From positions 32,001-96,000 of IMG/VR virus record IMGVR_UViG_3300047557_004034: a stretch of 64,000 bases of DNA, one strand, 5' to 3'. The first letter of the stretch is position 1; every line of letters begins with the position of its first letter. Below are positions 1 to 10,237 of this stretch, one piece after another. The stretch is from a virus. Under the pieces are notes generated by a model that was not told the DNA's origin, did not search any database, and saw nothing but the letters and a program-made list of their open reading frames with translations. The position numbers and the translations under genes are program-made.

Positions 1-3000
1 GGTTTCGGTTTTCCTACAAATTTTTCTCCATTATAAGGACTACTTCTATAGTAGAAATTATTACTTACCTTTTCATAATACACTACGTCCGCACAATATT
101 TTACATCACTAACTCTATTTTGTTTATTATAAAAAGTGTCAACTTGAATTGGGAAAGCGTATAACGCTCCATTAACCCAGTTATTTGTAAACGTTTGTGA
201 AAGGACTCCTCTACACAATGCATAGAAGAATCTGAATCTATAACCCCACTCCGAGAATAGTCTTATATCTTGACCAACACCAAATAATGGTCGTGTAAAA
301 AATACATAACAACCTCTTTCAACATTATCATTTTGAAGACAATTTGAAGATATACCAAAATTATTACTGTAACCTGTATAACAACTAAGTTGCACCATAT
401 TATCACATTCAAAACTACTCAGAACATTTACATCAGGCAAACCCTCTACATCTGGTGGTACTTCTTGAAAACCAGTACTATAGGCAGGAACTATAGCACC
501 CTCCCCTTCATCAGGAACCTCGTAGAAGGCAAATGCTCTATTCTGTTGCAATAAAAATGCCGTACTATTTGTACCTGCACCATCTAATTGGTCTGAAGAG
601 GGCAATCTATCAGTCCTCATTACATTTTTCGTTCTGTCTGAGAATTGAAAAGGTGGTATAGCCGGAAAATAATATGTCACATACGAATAATATCGACTAA
701 ACGAATCTCTCCCGATACCATTACTAGTGTAGGAAGCATTAGCATTTATATCTTCAGCCGAATCATATTTTGTTGGTGTTTGTGTAAATGAGTATTGATA
801 ACTAGTTGAAGGGCTAACTCCTAAAGCCCCATAGTAATTTTGATTACTAACAAATGCACCACCGTCAGAATATGCAAAACCATAATAATAAACCGTATTA
901 GAAGTAAATGCGGAATATTGTGAGCCAGGCGTGAAGAAATAAGAATTATAAAACATGTCGTTTTGTGTGAACGACTGTAAACTTGAATTTGGTGAGTTCA
1001 GTTTCTGTATAGGTATATTTAATTTGGTAGATGCGGTAACAACATATTTCGGGTCATCGATTGTAGAACCGAATAGAACACCCAAATTATAGCGATTCGT
1101 GTACCTTGGTGAATAAGGGTCTACCCCTCTTTGTAAGATTACTACGTATTGGTTATCAAAATCCTCATATAGTTCTCTTAATTTTATTGGCTGTCTTGCA
1201 AATGACGCTGTTTGGAATGTTCTCCACCCCAATCCCCCTTTGATTTCGGGAAATATAGTTATTGTAGAATCTAAAACTTTTGGTAACGTTTGGTATTGAG
1301 GTATTTGTGTCTGTCCTGTTAGTTTGAAATATTCACTCACAGTAATTGCCGTAATAACCTGAAAATATTCCCTGTCACTTGGATAGGAATAGTTGTCTAT
1401 CGTTGACCCTATTGGTAAATTATAACTGGTTGTTATCTCTTGTAGTTGATTTGAAGGATTAACATATCGTACGTTTATTGTGCTTGGTCCTACGATAGTG
1501 TTACCAGTTATACCAAAATCGCCAGTAACTCCTGTAAAATTGAAGTTGGGGTCTAAAGAGGTTTGTGGATTTACTGTTGTAAGAACTGTACCTGCTTCAT
1601 ATGGATTCGTTGCTAAAACTGTTACAGTATTATCTAAATGAAATGTCGACGTGTTGTTTGAATGGTCGACAGCAAAGCTTACTTTAACCCTATTGAGGTT
1701 TGAAAAATACGACACTCTACTATTGAAAATATTTATTCTTTCTCCAAAGGGTAAATCAAGACTATATGCCCTAAATTTATCATCCTCACCCTCTTGAACG
1801 TTAGATTTAAGTATTTTGTAAACTGTTGGGTCGGTACCATCAATATTACCTCCAGTCGCTTGTGAGTATATACTGGCAATTGCCGTTGCATTTGTTGAGT
1901 CGCTGCCAGCACCAATTAATTTATTAAACCAAATCTCATAATATCTATCCGGGTCGGAGAGAGGTGATAATTGCCCTCCTGAAGATATTACAACACCTAG
2001 TCCATCCGTGGTTGCTGGCCTACACTCACAAGCATCACAGTTTGGGTATGTTACCATAGGTAATCTTATTGGTAGGCCCCCTTTTTTTGGTTTTCGGAAA
2101 GTTAATATCCTAATACCATTTATTATCTGATATATCAACCCTACGGTAAAATGCGCCACCAATAATAAAGCCAAACCAATAAATTGGAGATTTTGAAAAA
2201 TTAAAGAAAATATAAAGTATAAAAAATCAAAATTTTTGAATCCCTCATTTACAGGGAACTTATTTACAGTACTAGAACAACTGTCGTCATCAATTTCTTT
2301 TATACCAATGAATCTACCTCTAGCCCCTTGCTTATATTGGTCTATTAAACTTGCAACGGTATAAACTCTGTTGAAATTAAACTCATAAAAAGTATCTTCA
2401 CAATTGACTATCGAATCTATTTTACTATTCGATTCTGTTGTTGATAATCCTTCAGTATAACCAGACCAATCTAAACCGAAATAATAAGAACTACGTTGTT
2501 GTCTATATGTTGAACTGTTTATTGGGTCATCGGAAGGGTCATTATTTGGATTTGAACCTATCCATCCATACTCCCTTATGTTAGGAACCAAATAATAAGG
2601 TCTTCTTACTTGTGCTGTAAGTTCTCTTGATTGTTGCCATTTTATTTTAAATCTATACTTGGCCTTTGTTGGAACCCCGACATTTGGGTCGAACGATATA
2701 ACTCTTTCACCGAACTCATTAGTTGTGATGTAATCCAAATTCATAGGTAACTCAGTTAACCATGTTCCATCTTCATCGATAACATTTCCCGATTGTTCTA
2801 ACTGATATTGCTCTAATATTGGATTTCCGTTTGTATCTTGTCTAATTGTTTGTCTGATTGCTAAAATTTGTCCTGGACCTGAAACCAAGTCACATAGATT
2901 ACCCATATTATCTCTAGGCTTACAATTTTTTCTCAACCTAAACTTATCTGGACTAGAAAACATAGAACCCATAAAGACCGACGTGGGCTGAATATCTATA

Positions 3001-3740
3001 TTTGCATCGTCTCTCAAATCAAAGTCAACTCTGTTTACTGCAATTTGACAAATTTCAGGTTCTCCCCATAAAGGTGATATTTCAGCTATCTTTGTTAATC
3101 TAACGATTTGAGGTAAAGAATTCAAATCGGTCGAAGTCCTGAACTCGTTTCCACTAACTTGATTTTCTGTTGCCCTTCCAATTCTTATTAAATCTTGTGG
3201 TGTAAGTGAGAATTCACCCATGTCGGACAAATCAACATCCATAACAAGTCTTTGGAATCCTAAAGGAACTCCAAATATCATATAGTCTCCACTCTCATTA
3301 GTCTTTACTGTAAATCTGAAATATTTTTCGTATATCTTCGAAGCAACCGAGTTTGTTAGAACATCTCTCGAACTTGGAAAGGTTCCTGTTGCAGCATGTT
3401 TACTATATGATTTTTCATATGGAAGAAGATTATATCTATACCCATCTTCATTTTTTTCATCAATTGTTCTGTAGGGATAAATTGTATTAATTGTGTTGTC
3501 TAATAAATCTTCTTCCTCCACTGGTATAAAAACAGAAACCTTTGCGTTGGGTATACCTAAACCGTTGTTTGCTGTCACTCTTCCTACGACAACACCATAA
3601 TCAGCACACGAACGTGTATAAACATCCGCTTGTTGTATCTTAAGTGAAAGTATTTCTAAAAATTCGAAATCTTGGTTAAGTTCAACATTGATGGATTTAT
3701 TTATCCCAAGCTCAGTTCGTATACGATAGCTTTGACCCAT
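1..3740 (-). CDS. Large (>1240 aa) putative virion/baseplate-associated protein, 3' end outside window; N-terminal carboxypeptidase-regulatory/Cna-B-like beta-sandwich motif and an internal hydrophobic segment
   Basis: ATG at 3740 reads MGQSYRIRTELGINKSINVEL...YGVVVGRVTANNGLGIPNAKVSVF...VKTNESGDYMIFGVPLG. It is absent from the ORF track, consistent with no stop before the window edge. TATTTATA motif lies 13 nt upstream and the gene follows the gp6-like gene. Confidence 0.8.
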   Translation of the reverse strand, partial: MGQSYRIRTELGINKSINVELNQDFEFLEILSLKIQQADVYTRSCADYGVVVGRVTANNGLGIPNAKVSVFIPVEEEDLLDNTINTIYPYRTIDEKNEDGYRYNLLPYEKSYSKHAATGTFPSSRDVLTNSVASKIYEKYFRFTVKTNESGDYMIFGVPLGFQRLVMDVDLSDMGEFSLTPQDLIRIGRATENQVSGNEFRTSTDLNSLPQIVRLTKIAEISPLWGEPEICQIAVNRVDFDLRDDANIDIQPTSVFMGSMFSSPDKFRLRKNCKPRDNMGNLCDLVSGPGQILAIRQTIRQDTNGNPILEQYQLEQSGNVIDEDGTWLTELPMNLDYITTNEFGERVISFDPNVGVPTKAKYRFKIKWQQSRELTAQVRRPYYLVPNIREYGWIGSNPNNDPSDDPINSSTYRQQRSSYYFGLDWSGYTEGLSTTESNSKIDSIVNCEDTFYEFNFNRVYTVASLIDQYKQGARGRFIGIKEIDDDSCSSTVNKFPVNEGFKNFDFLYFIFSLIFQNLQFIGLALLLVAHFTVGLIYQIINGIRILTFRKPKKGGLPIRLPMVTYPNCDACECRPATTDGLGVVISSGGQLSPLSDPDRYYEIWFNKLIGAGSDSTNATAIASIYSQATGGNIDGTDPTVYKILKSNVQEGEDDKFRAYSLDLPFGERINIFNSRVSYFSNLNRVKVSFAVDHSNNTSTFHLDNTVTVLATNPYEAGTVLTTVNPQTSLDPNFNFTGVTGDFGITGNTIVGPSTINVRYVNPSNQLQEITTSYNLPIGSTIDNYSYPSDREYFQVITAITVSEYFKLTGQTQIPQYQTLPKVLDSTITIFPEIKGGLGWRTFQTASFARQPIKLRELYEDFDNQYVVILQRGVDPYSPRYTNRYNLGVLFGSTIDDPKYVVTASTKLNIPIQKLNSPNSSLQSFTQNDMFYNSYFFTPGSQYSAFTSNTVYYYGFAYSDGGAFVSNQNYYGALGVSPSTSYQYSFTQTPTKYDSAEDINANASYTSNGIGRDSFSRYYSYVTYYFPAIPPFQFSDRTKNVMRTDRLPSSDQLDGAGTNSTAFLLQQNRAFAFYEVPDEGEGAIVPAYSTGFQEVPPDVEGLPDVNVLSSFECDNMVQLSCYTGYSNNFGISSNCLQNDNVERGCYVFFTRPLFGVGQDIRLFSEWGYRFRFFYALCRGVLSQTFTNNWVNGALYAFPIQVDTFYNKQNRVSDVKYCADVVYYEKVSNNFYYRSSPYNGEKFVGKPK

Positions 3741-3753
3741 TAGACCTTTAATC

Positions 3754-3761
3754 TATAAATA
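3754..3761 (-). promoter_or_regulatory. TATTTATA putative late-promoter motif
   Basis: Plus-strand tataaata, 13 nt upstream of ATG 3740; recurs upstream of many structural genes. Confidence 0.6.
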
Positions 3762-3827
3762 GTTTAGGGCAAATTTTTAAAAACTTACCAACTTAAATCT
3801 AAATGGGATAGAAAATAAATAAACCTA

Positions 3828-5666
3828 TTAAGAGAAGGTTGAAGACTGGAAGTTCTTGACACTAACTTTGATATCTCTAGTCGGATATCTAACTTGATAT
3901 ACTTGGCTTGGTTCTGCAAACAACGTGTCGTCTACGGGTTGTATTTTTCTTGTTTCAGCATTCTCATAAGCCATAGAAGTTTCTGCAGATGAATATTGTC
4001 CACCAACAAGATTATAAGTGTCTAATCCTGTAACAGTAATTACACCTTCTTGATTTTGTATTATACTTTTGAGTTCTGAAAGATAGACATTTTGACCTAA
4101 TTCTCTAATCTGTGGATTGAGGTATGCCGAAACTTTATTTACAACGTCAGTTATAATTTGACCTGAGTTTTGTGTTGCCTCTAAAACAACTGAAACTTCA
4201 ATACCCAAATCAATAACTTGTGCAGTTGTTATAGAAATATAATCATTCATCATTCTGTAATTAGAAAGATAGTCGGCAATATTTTGTCTCAATGTATTAG
4301 AAACAATATTTGTCAATTTACCTGAACTATCATATGATAAAATTTGAACTATAATTTTATTGTTATTCTCTGTTATTGAAACCTTAGCTGGCGAGCCGAA
4401 CTCAGGTGGCATATTCCTAATTATTGCTTCATAGTCTTGTACTGTGACAGCTCTTTTTTGTGCAGCAAAATTGAATGATACATAATTTCTAACCTCTTCA
4501 ACATTTGGTGCATTTGCACCTCCAATTGCCGCAGTAATATTAACACACCTTAATGAATTGATGACTGAAGAGTTTGTAATTTCTGAAGGTCCGTTAACGT
4601 AAAAATTTACTGTCCCTACTTGATTAATTACATTTGTACCCAAGTTAGTTGCAAGTCCACCACCAATTCTATATTGAACAAACAATGTTGAATTCGGTGT
4701 TAGTGTTGAACCTAATGCAAAATTATTGAAATAATTATTTATTGTTAACGGAATTCCTAAATTAGTGAAAGCGTTCAATTGTTCTTGTGCGGAAGTACTT
4801 CCTCCTCCAAATGTCATTTTTTTAAATCCTTCAGGTGTAAATTCAGAAATAAATCTATTACTGGTCTGAATGTATCTTCCAACTTTAATTCCAGGTTGGT
4901 CTGAAACTTTGGTTGGGTCTTCAATGAAGACTCTGTCCTCCGCTAAAGCATCAACCTCGTACCATTTATTTTCCAAACCTAAAAACTCAGCAGCTGTCGG
5001 TACATTTGTAAAATCAGTGCCATTTTTCAATAACACACTTGTTATTCCTAAAACATTTTTTTCAGGTAGGAATAACTCAAAAAAAGGTCTAACATCATTA
5101 GCAGATATAACACGTTTGAAAACTTTAGTTATACCATTAACAACTAACTCTCTCTTTGTTATTGTATAATTTATTAATATCCCGTTAGAATTAAAATTTG
5201 GTATTTTTAATCTATTTGGAAAACCTTGTGCATTGTAAGGAGAGGCAAAGTTAACATCATAAACATTTTCAAATACAATCCCCGCACCCGAAACTTGTGA
5301 ACCTCTTACTAAAGTCCCTAAATACCTTTCGTCTTCTTTGTCCCCAAAAACGGGTACAGTAATAGAAAAATCAACCAAAGAAACACTCGGTTTCAAGTTT
5401 GGTATTTTTAATCCATATGTTCTAGCTATATTATATATAGAAGACCTTTGTTGAGCATATTGGAGAACTGTTTCTTGAATACTTCTATCAATATGATAAT
5501 GTAGGTTGTCAGCAACTGCCGCATTTAAATCTAAGAATACTGAGAATACAGATGCATCATTGAAATCTTGTATTAAGTCAGGGTAATATTGTTTGACGTA
5601 ATTAACTAACTCAGCACGAATACCTTGGTAATCTCTGACTGTATATGAAATTTTGTTATTGGCCAT
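3828..5666 (-). CDS. Baseplate wedge subunit (T4 gp6 / baseplate J-like)
   Basis: 612 aa; N-terminal RDYQGIRAELVNY...QDFNDAS, plus YRIGGG, GGAN and AQKRAVTVQDY motifs typical of gp6-like wedge proteins; adjacent to gp25-like gene. Confidence 0.88.
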   Translation of the reverse strand: MANNKISYTVRDYQGIRAELVNYVKQYYPDLIQDFNDASVFSVFLDLNAAVADNLHYHIDRSIQETVLQYAQQRSSIYNIARTYGLKIPNLKPSVSLVDFSITVPVFGDKEDERYLGTLVRGSQVSGAGIVFENVYDVNFASPYNAQGFPNRLKIPNFNSNGILINYTITKRELVVNGITKVFKRVISANDVRPFFELFLPEKNVLGITSVLLKNGTDFTNVPTAAEFLGLENKWYEVDALAEDRVFIEDPTKVSDQPGIKVGRYIQTSNRFISEFTPEGFKKMTFGGGSTSAQEQLNAFTNLGIPLTINNYFNNFALGSTLTPNSTLFVQYRIGGGLATNLGTNVINQVGTVNFYVNGPSEITNSSVINSLRCVNITAAIGGANAPNVEEVRNYVSFNFAAQKRAVTVQDYEAIIRNMPPEFGSPAKVSITENNNKIIVQILSYDSSGKLTNIVSNTLRQNIADYLSNYRMMNDYISITTAQVIDLGIEVSVVLEATQNSGQIITDVVNKVSAYLNPQIRELGQNVYLSELKSIIQNQEGVITVTGLDTYNLVGGQYSSAETSMAYENAETRKIQPVDDTLFAEPSQVYQVRYPTRDIKVSVKNFQSSTFS

Positions 5667-5671
5667 CTTAA

Positions 5672-6139
5672 TTAAATATTGATTATTACAAAATCACTCT
5701 GAGAAAATACCGAATTACCTATTGAGTAATCTATTCTTACTTTTGCAGTATATTCGTATGTCCCTTTACCGGGAACCCTGTATATATCCCAAAGTCGATT
5801 GCCCTCTGTTCCGGTGTAATCCCCATCTACTTGGTCTTCAGCGGTGATTGGTTCTATTGAAACATTATTCAAAATTAGGTTGGGTAAAAATTCTTGCACC
5901 GAGTCCCTGATATCTGATTCAATCGCACTAAATGTCAAACCGTCAAAAGGTTCAAAAATATATTCATATAATCTTGTCCCGAAAGTTGGTAAGAAATACC
6001 TTGACCCTTTCCTAGTTAAAAGTAAATGAATTAAGTCAGACCTTATTTCCTGTTGTTCAAATTCTGTTAAAGCTAAATAATCACCTCTTCTTGAATCTTG
6101 GAACGGAAAATAAAGACCATATGTAGTACCATCTGCCAT
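5672..6139 (-). CDS. Baseplate wedge protein, GPW/gp25 family
   Basis: IRSDLIHLLLTRKGSRYFLPTFGTRLYEYIFEP motif. Confidence 0.9.
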   Translation of the reverse strand: MADGTTYGLYFPFQDSRRGDYLALTEFEQQEIRSDLIHLLLTRKGSRYFLPTFGTRLYEYIFEPFDGLTFSAIESDIRDSVQEFLPNLILNNVSIEPITAEDQVDGDYTGTEGNRLWDIYRVPGKGTYEYTAKVRIDYSIGNSVFSQSDFVIINI

Positions 6140-6159
6140 ATTACATAAATATACAACGA

Positions 6160-6357
6160 TTATTTTTCAACTAAAGTTGTATTTCCTTTTACACCCTTTG
6201 GTTCGTATGGACAATGTCTACATCCACCATGAGAACCACAACAAGTTCCTCTCTTGATATGATACTCTTCGGTGAAGACTACTCTGTTATTTTCGATGTA
6301 ATAATCAGAAGGGAGAATCTCATTTGGATTCTCCCTTTCTTTTTTTGTATTTTCCAT
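6160..6357 (-). CDS. Small Cys/His-rich protein (DUF5522-like)
   Basis: DYYIENNRVVFTEEYHIKRGTCCGSHGGCRHCPY motif. Confidence 0.75.
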   Translation of the reverse strand: MENTKKERENPNEILPSDYYIENNRVVFTEEYHIKRGTCCGSHGGCRHCPYEPKGVKGNTTLVEK

Positions 6358-6363
6358 AGGTTA

Positions 6364-8220
6364 TTATACTAAAACACAAGCACCACCTGCACAAGCTAAC
6401 TCACCACTCAAATCTGTTTCATCTTCCATTTCAACAATCTTAGACAAATCAACCTCATGTAAAGTTTGCATCAACTCTTCATATCTTTCTTTTGTACAAT
6501 CTTCGAAAGGTGCTTGAATATATGTTCCTCCGTCATATGGTAACACTGATAATCCATTATAATGGTCTCTGTTTTCCCACATCCATTCACCTACCGCAGG
6601 CCATTCATGTTCTCTAATTGATACTGTTGCTGAAACATTATGTGAATTACTACCACTTCTATGTCCAGGCTTAATCCAATCAACATGAACTTTTTTCACT
6701 CTATCTAAAAGTTGAATTGGTGATTCATTTCTTAAAATTGAACCTTCAGGAGCTTTTTGTGGAATACCGATAACCGCAGTGTCGTGTGGTCTAAAATATT
6801 CATCTTCAACTAACTCAGGATGATTTTCCTTTAAGTAAGTATAAATCGCCTCATTCTTACCAACTCTTACTCTTCTGATATAATAGTCGTTGTGCCAAGC
6901 GTGGATTCCTGATGAAGTACCTAAAGTAAGTGAAGTTGTACCTGCTGGTTTTACTGTAGTTGTTCTTGCTGCAGGATTAATACCAAGAAGTTCTGCAACT
7001 CTTTTATTCTCTTCCTTAACAATTTTAGAAGCAGACTTCATATCCAACTTTAACACAGCACCTGAACCAATACCTGTCATAGATACTCCAATCAAAGCAT
7101 CCTTCTCGGTTGTTCTTTGCCATATTGGTCTTAAATAATGGAAGTTTGTGTATCCTGCTTGAAGTGTTCCACAGAAAGCCGCAGCTCTTACTCTGTCCTC
7201 AAAGTCTTCTTGTGATACAACGTTAGATACATTTACTTCTGTAAGATTACAGAATTGGAACGGTCTAAGTGCAATTTCACAACAAGGATTAGTTCCCCAA
7301 TCTTTATCGTTAGTTAAGTAAATACCGGGTTCACCAGCTCCGCTAGCTTCAATTCTCTTCCAAAGGTCCATGAAGTAGTCTTTTGTTATTTTGTGTCGGA
7401 GCAACACAGCTGAGTTATTTGCTCTACCTCTTTGTGGATTTGTTTCCCACCAAGCACCTGACTTACAACCAATCATTTCATCATCAGTTGCTGAGAAAAG
7501 TGAAATCAAAGCAGCTCTTCTAATACCACCTGCCAACACTGCGTCTGCAATATGACATACCATATCATGAACTTCGATAGCTTTTAATTTCTCACCATTA
7601 TCTTTTGAATCTAAAATACCTTCAAGTTTAATAAGACATTCCTTGAGTGGTTGTGGGCCAGGAGCCTTTCCACCTGATGTTACCAATCTTGCACCTTTAG
7701 GTCTGATATCGCTAAAGTCAAATTCAATATGAGAACCACCGTAGAAATATGATTTTACTAAAATTTTGACTGCATCTGCCCATCCTTCGATTGAGTCAGC
7801 AACTAACCATCTCCTTTTTCTTTCTTTGTTTGGTTTAAGTATTTCAGGTAACGTTTCAACATGATGTTTTTGAACAGAATATCCTACACCCGTACCTCCT
7901 AACAACAAGAACATAATTTCAGAAAAGACTCTCCAATCATCAATTGGTGCAAACGCACAATTGTATATTCTGTTTGGTGAAATTTCAATTGGTTTACCCG
8001 CAAACTGCATTGACCTCATTGATGGAAGAACTTGTTTCTTGAAAACATACATGTAGTTCTCTCTTATTTCTTTTTCTAAATTTGGAAACTGCTTGATATG
8101 CATCTCCATGTTTCTTGTGACTAGTTCTTGCCACGTCTCTCTTCTGTTCAATTCAGGAATATATTTCGCGTATTTCATATACACGGTTATATCACTGAGA
8201 ATCCTGTTTGAAATGTCCAT
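6364..8220 (-). CDS. nrdJ: Class II (adenosylcobalamin-dependent) ribonucleotide reductase
   Basis: RIYNCAF, GGIRRAA, TNPCCEI, FCNLTE, TVKPAGT and C-terminal ACAGGAC motifs; 618 aa; no small-subunit gene adjacent. Confidence 0.92.
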   Translation of the reverse strand: MDISNRILSDITVYMKYAKYIPELNRRETWQELVTRNMEMHIKQFPNLEKEIRENYMYVFKKQVLPSMRSMQFAGKPIEISPNRIYNCAFAPIDDWRVFSEIMFLLLGGTGVGYSVQKHHVETLPEILKPNKERKRRWLVADSIEGWADAVKILVKSYFYGGSHIEFDFSDIRPKGARLVTSGGKAPGPQPLKECLIKLEGILDSKDNGEKLKAIEVHDMVCHIADAVLAGGIRRAALISLFSATDDEMIGCKSGAWWETNPQRGRANNSAVLLRHKITKDYFMDLWKRIEASGAGEPGIYLTNDKDWGTNPCCEIALRPFQFCNLTEVNVSNVVSQEDFEDRVRAAAFCGTLQAGYTNFHYLRPIWQRTTEKDALIGVSMTGIGSGAVLKLDMKSASKIVKEENKRVAELLGINPAARTTTVKPAGTTSLTLGTSSGIHAWHNDYYIRRVRVGKNEAIYTYLKENHPELVEDEYFRPHDTAVIGIPQKAPEGSILRNESPIQLLDRVKKVHVDWIKPGHRSGSNSHNVSATVSIREHEWPAVGEWMWENRDHYNGLSVLPYDGGTYIQAPFEDCTKERYEELMQTLHEVDLSKIVEMEDETDLSGELACAGGACVLV

Positions 8221-8270
8221 TTTTTAAATTTTTTTTGTTTTTGTTTTTATAAAAAATCGGTGATTTTAGT

Positions 8271-8302
8271 TATAAATATAGGGTCGTGCAATATACGACC
8301 CT
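8271..8302 (-). promoter_or_regulatory. Hairpin (gggtcgt/acgaccc) followed by TATTTATA motif upstream of nrdJ
   Basis: Inverted repeat 8280-8302 and tataaata at 8271-8278 on the plus strand. Confidence 0.5.
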
Positions 8303-8348
8303 TATTTTGATTAAAAAAAAGTAAGTTTTTTTCTAAAAAAGTAGATAT

Positions 8349-9731
8349 TTAGTTTGAAGTGTTTTTTGATTGTTCTTTTTGTTTTCTCTTATCAAGCAAC
8401 TCTCTAACCCTATCTCTTTTCTTTTCTTCTTGTTGTTCTTCGAATCCTAAGAAAGTTACAGATGACTCAGTATCAATCTCTAATAATTCATTATTAAATT
8501 TACAATTTTCAAATACAACTCCGTCTTTACCCAATCTTGATTTGGTAATCGCTATCGTTGCTAAATTCATTTCTTTTTGTTGTAGAGTTTTAGCGATAGA
8601 AATAATTACGTGACCTACTTGAGCCTTTTTGATTGACCCACCCATTTGGTCGGTAGTTACAACCTCAGATGAAATCGAAGACCTGTTACCTTGTGTTGCA
8701 GTCCACCCTACTAAACTTAGTTCGTGACACATTGCCTCAAACTGCCTCATTACCGAACCTTCACTTTTCCATTCATCTTTGTTTGGATTTTCAGGGAGAA
8801 CACAATCAATATAATCTAACATAATCAAATCGATTTTGATTCCATCTGCAATCATCTTCCTAACCTGATTCTTAATTTGTAACATCGTCATAGTATCTGA
8901 TGGTAACTTTCTAAGAACAAGTCTGTTCTGCATTGTTTCTTTTATTTCATGGATTTTATCCATTACTTTATCCTTATGTAAAACTAAGTTATCTGGTTCT
9001 ATACCCGTCCAAAGTGTGAAATGTTTCCTTTGGATAATTTTGGGATTGTCTTCAAAAAATACTTGAAGTACGTTGTATCCATGATTGAATGCAGTATTTG
9101 CAATCTTGGTTAGAATTGTTGTTTTACCAACACCTGTTGGAGCCAGTATGACACCAATCTCACCTTTAGCTAGTCCACCTTTCAGAAGTCGGTCGATACC
9201 TGGAATTCCCATCGGTATCGGATGTCTGAAGTCTTCATCAAGTACAGTTTCTAAATCGGAGAATACATCAGACATACCATCTGTTGTCTGTCCAACTTGA
9301 AGAGCATCTCTTACCAAAGTTTCTACTTTATCATAAGATTCGAAATCACCTTCGTTAATGATTTTTTGTGCCTTTTCCATGGCTTTCTGTAACTCTTGTT
9401 GTTTACAGAACTTTAACCCTTTTTCTTGAACAAAAGTAACTCCCTCAAAAGGTGCCGATTTTATTTGTTTTAGTGTATCCAAAACAATTTTAGCAACTAA
9501 CTCTTGTTGAATTTCTGATTTAACAATTTGTTCTATTGTCTCAAAGGCAGGTGTGGACTCGTATTTTGCGTAATACTCTTTAATCATCTGTACGATGATT
9601 TTGAAGTATTTGTTATCGAAGTAAGAACTTTCTAAAACATCCATAATGGTGGATGAGAATGTCTTATCAAGGATAATCTGATTGATAAGTTGTAACTGAA
9701 ATGTATTACCGAGGTAATCGAAATTTTTCAT
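8349..9731 (-). CDS. dnaB: Replicative DNA helicase, DnaB/T4 gp41-like
   Basis: Walker A APTGVGKT, Walker B LDYID, TATQGNR and KSR motifs. Confidence 0.9.
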   Translation of the reverse strand: MKNFDYLGNTFQLQLINQIILDKTFSSTIMDVLESSYFDNKYFKIIVQMIKEYYAKYESTPAFETIEQIVKSEIQQELVAKIVLDTLKQIKSAPFEGVTFVQEKGLKFCKQQELQKAMEKAQKIINEGDFESYDKVETLVRDALQVGQTTDGMSDVFSDLETVLDEDFRHPIPMGIPGIDRLLKGGLAKGEIGVILAPTGVGKTTILTKIANTAFNHGYNVLQVFFEDNPKIIQRKHFTLWTGIEPDNLVLHKDKVMDKIHEIKETMQNRLVLRKLPSDTMTMLQIKNQVRKMIADGIKIDLIMLDYIDCVLPENPNKDEWKSEGSVMRQFEAMCHELSLVGWTATQGNRSSISSEVVTTDQMGGSIKKAQVGHVIISIAKTLQQKEMNLATIAITKSRLGKDGVVFENCKFNNELLEIDTESSVTFLGFEEQQEEKKRDRVRELLDKRKQKEQSKNTSN

Positions 9732-9763
9732 AGTAGAACTGAGCCCCTCTATTAATTAAATAC

Positions 9764-10219
9764 TTACTTTGCTAAGTCGTATTCTAGATATTTGAAAGAT
9801 AATTTGGTTTCTGAAAAAATGTCAGTTAGAGTTTTCAAAATTTCTTTCAAGTATGGTCTAACATCCACGGTATAACGAACTTTTGGTGGGAACATTTTTC
9901 CGTCAAAAATTCTATGACAAATTGTCTGGTCATTGAATTTTACATAAAGGTTAAAATACTCAGGTCCGTCAGTGAAAGATGTTTCCATAACAGATGGGTC
10001 ATGCATGATTGACTCTTTGTTATCCATCATGTAAATAACTGTCTTCATTTTTAAGTCATACTTCAGTGTATCCGCAGTTCTTTTCATAAAGTCATACAAC
10101 TCTAATGAATTTTTTGCCTTCGGATTAAATCCTTTGACGTTAAAGAATCTTTGGACAACGATGTTGTCATTCAAGGTTAGTAGGAATTCTAATTTAGTAA
10201 TTTCCTGTTCTCTGTTCAT
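9764..10219 (-). CDS. Hypothetical protein in the replication operon
   Basis: 151 aa ORF, co-oriented and tightly packed with its neighbours. Confidence 0.7.
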   Translation of the reverse strand: MNREQEITKLEFLLTLNDNIVVQRFFNVKGFNPKAKNSLELYDFMKRTADTLKYDLKMKTVIYMMDNKESIMHDPSVMETSFTDGPEYFNLYVKFNDQTICHRIFDGKMFPPKVRYTVDVRPYLKEILKTLTDIFSETKLSFKYLEYDLAK

Positions 10220-10237
10220 TTTTTGTTTTTTTGGTTA

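Noticed and set aside
1733-1915. 60-aa minus-strand ORF in the track
   Set aside because: Off-frame inside the large 1-3740 gene
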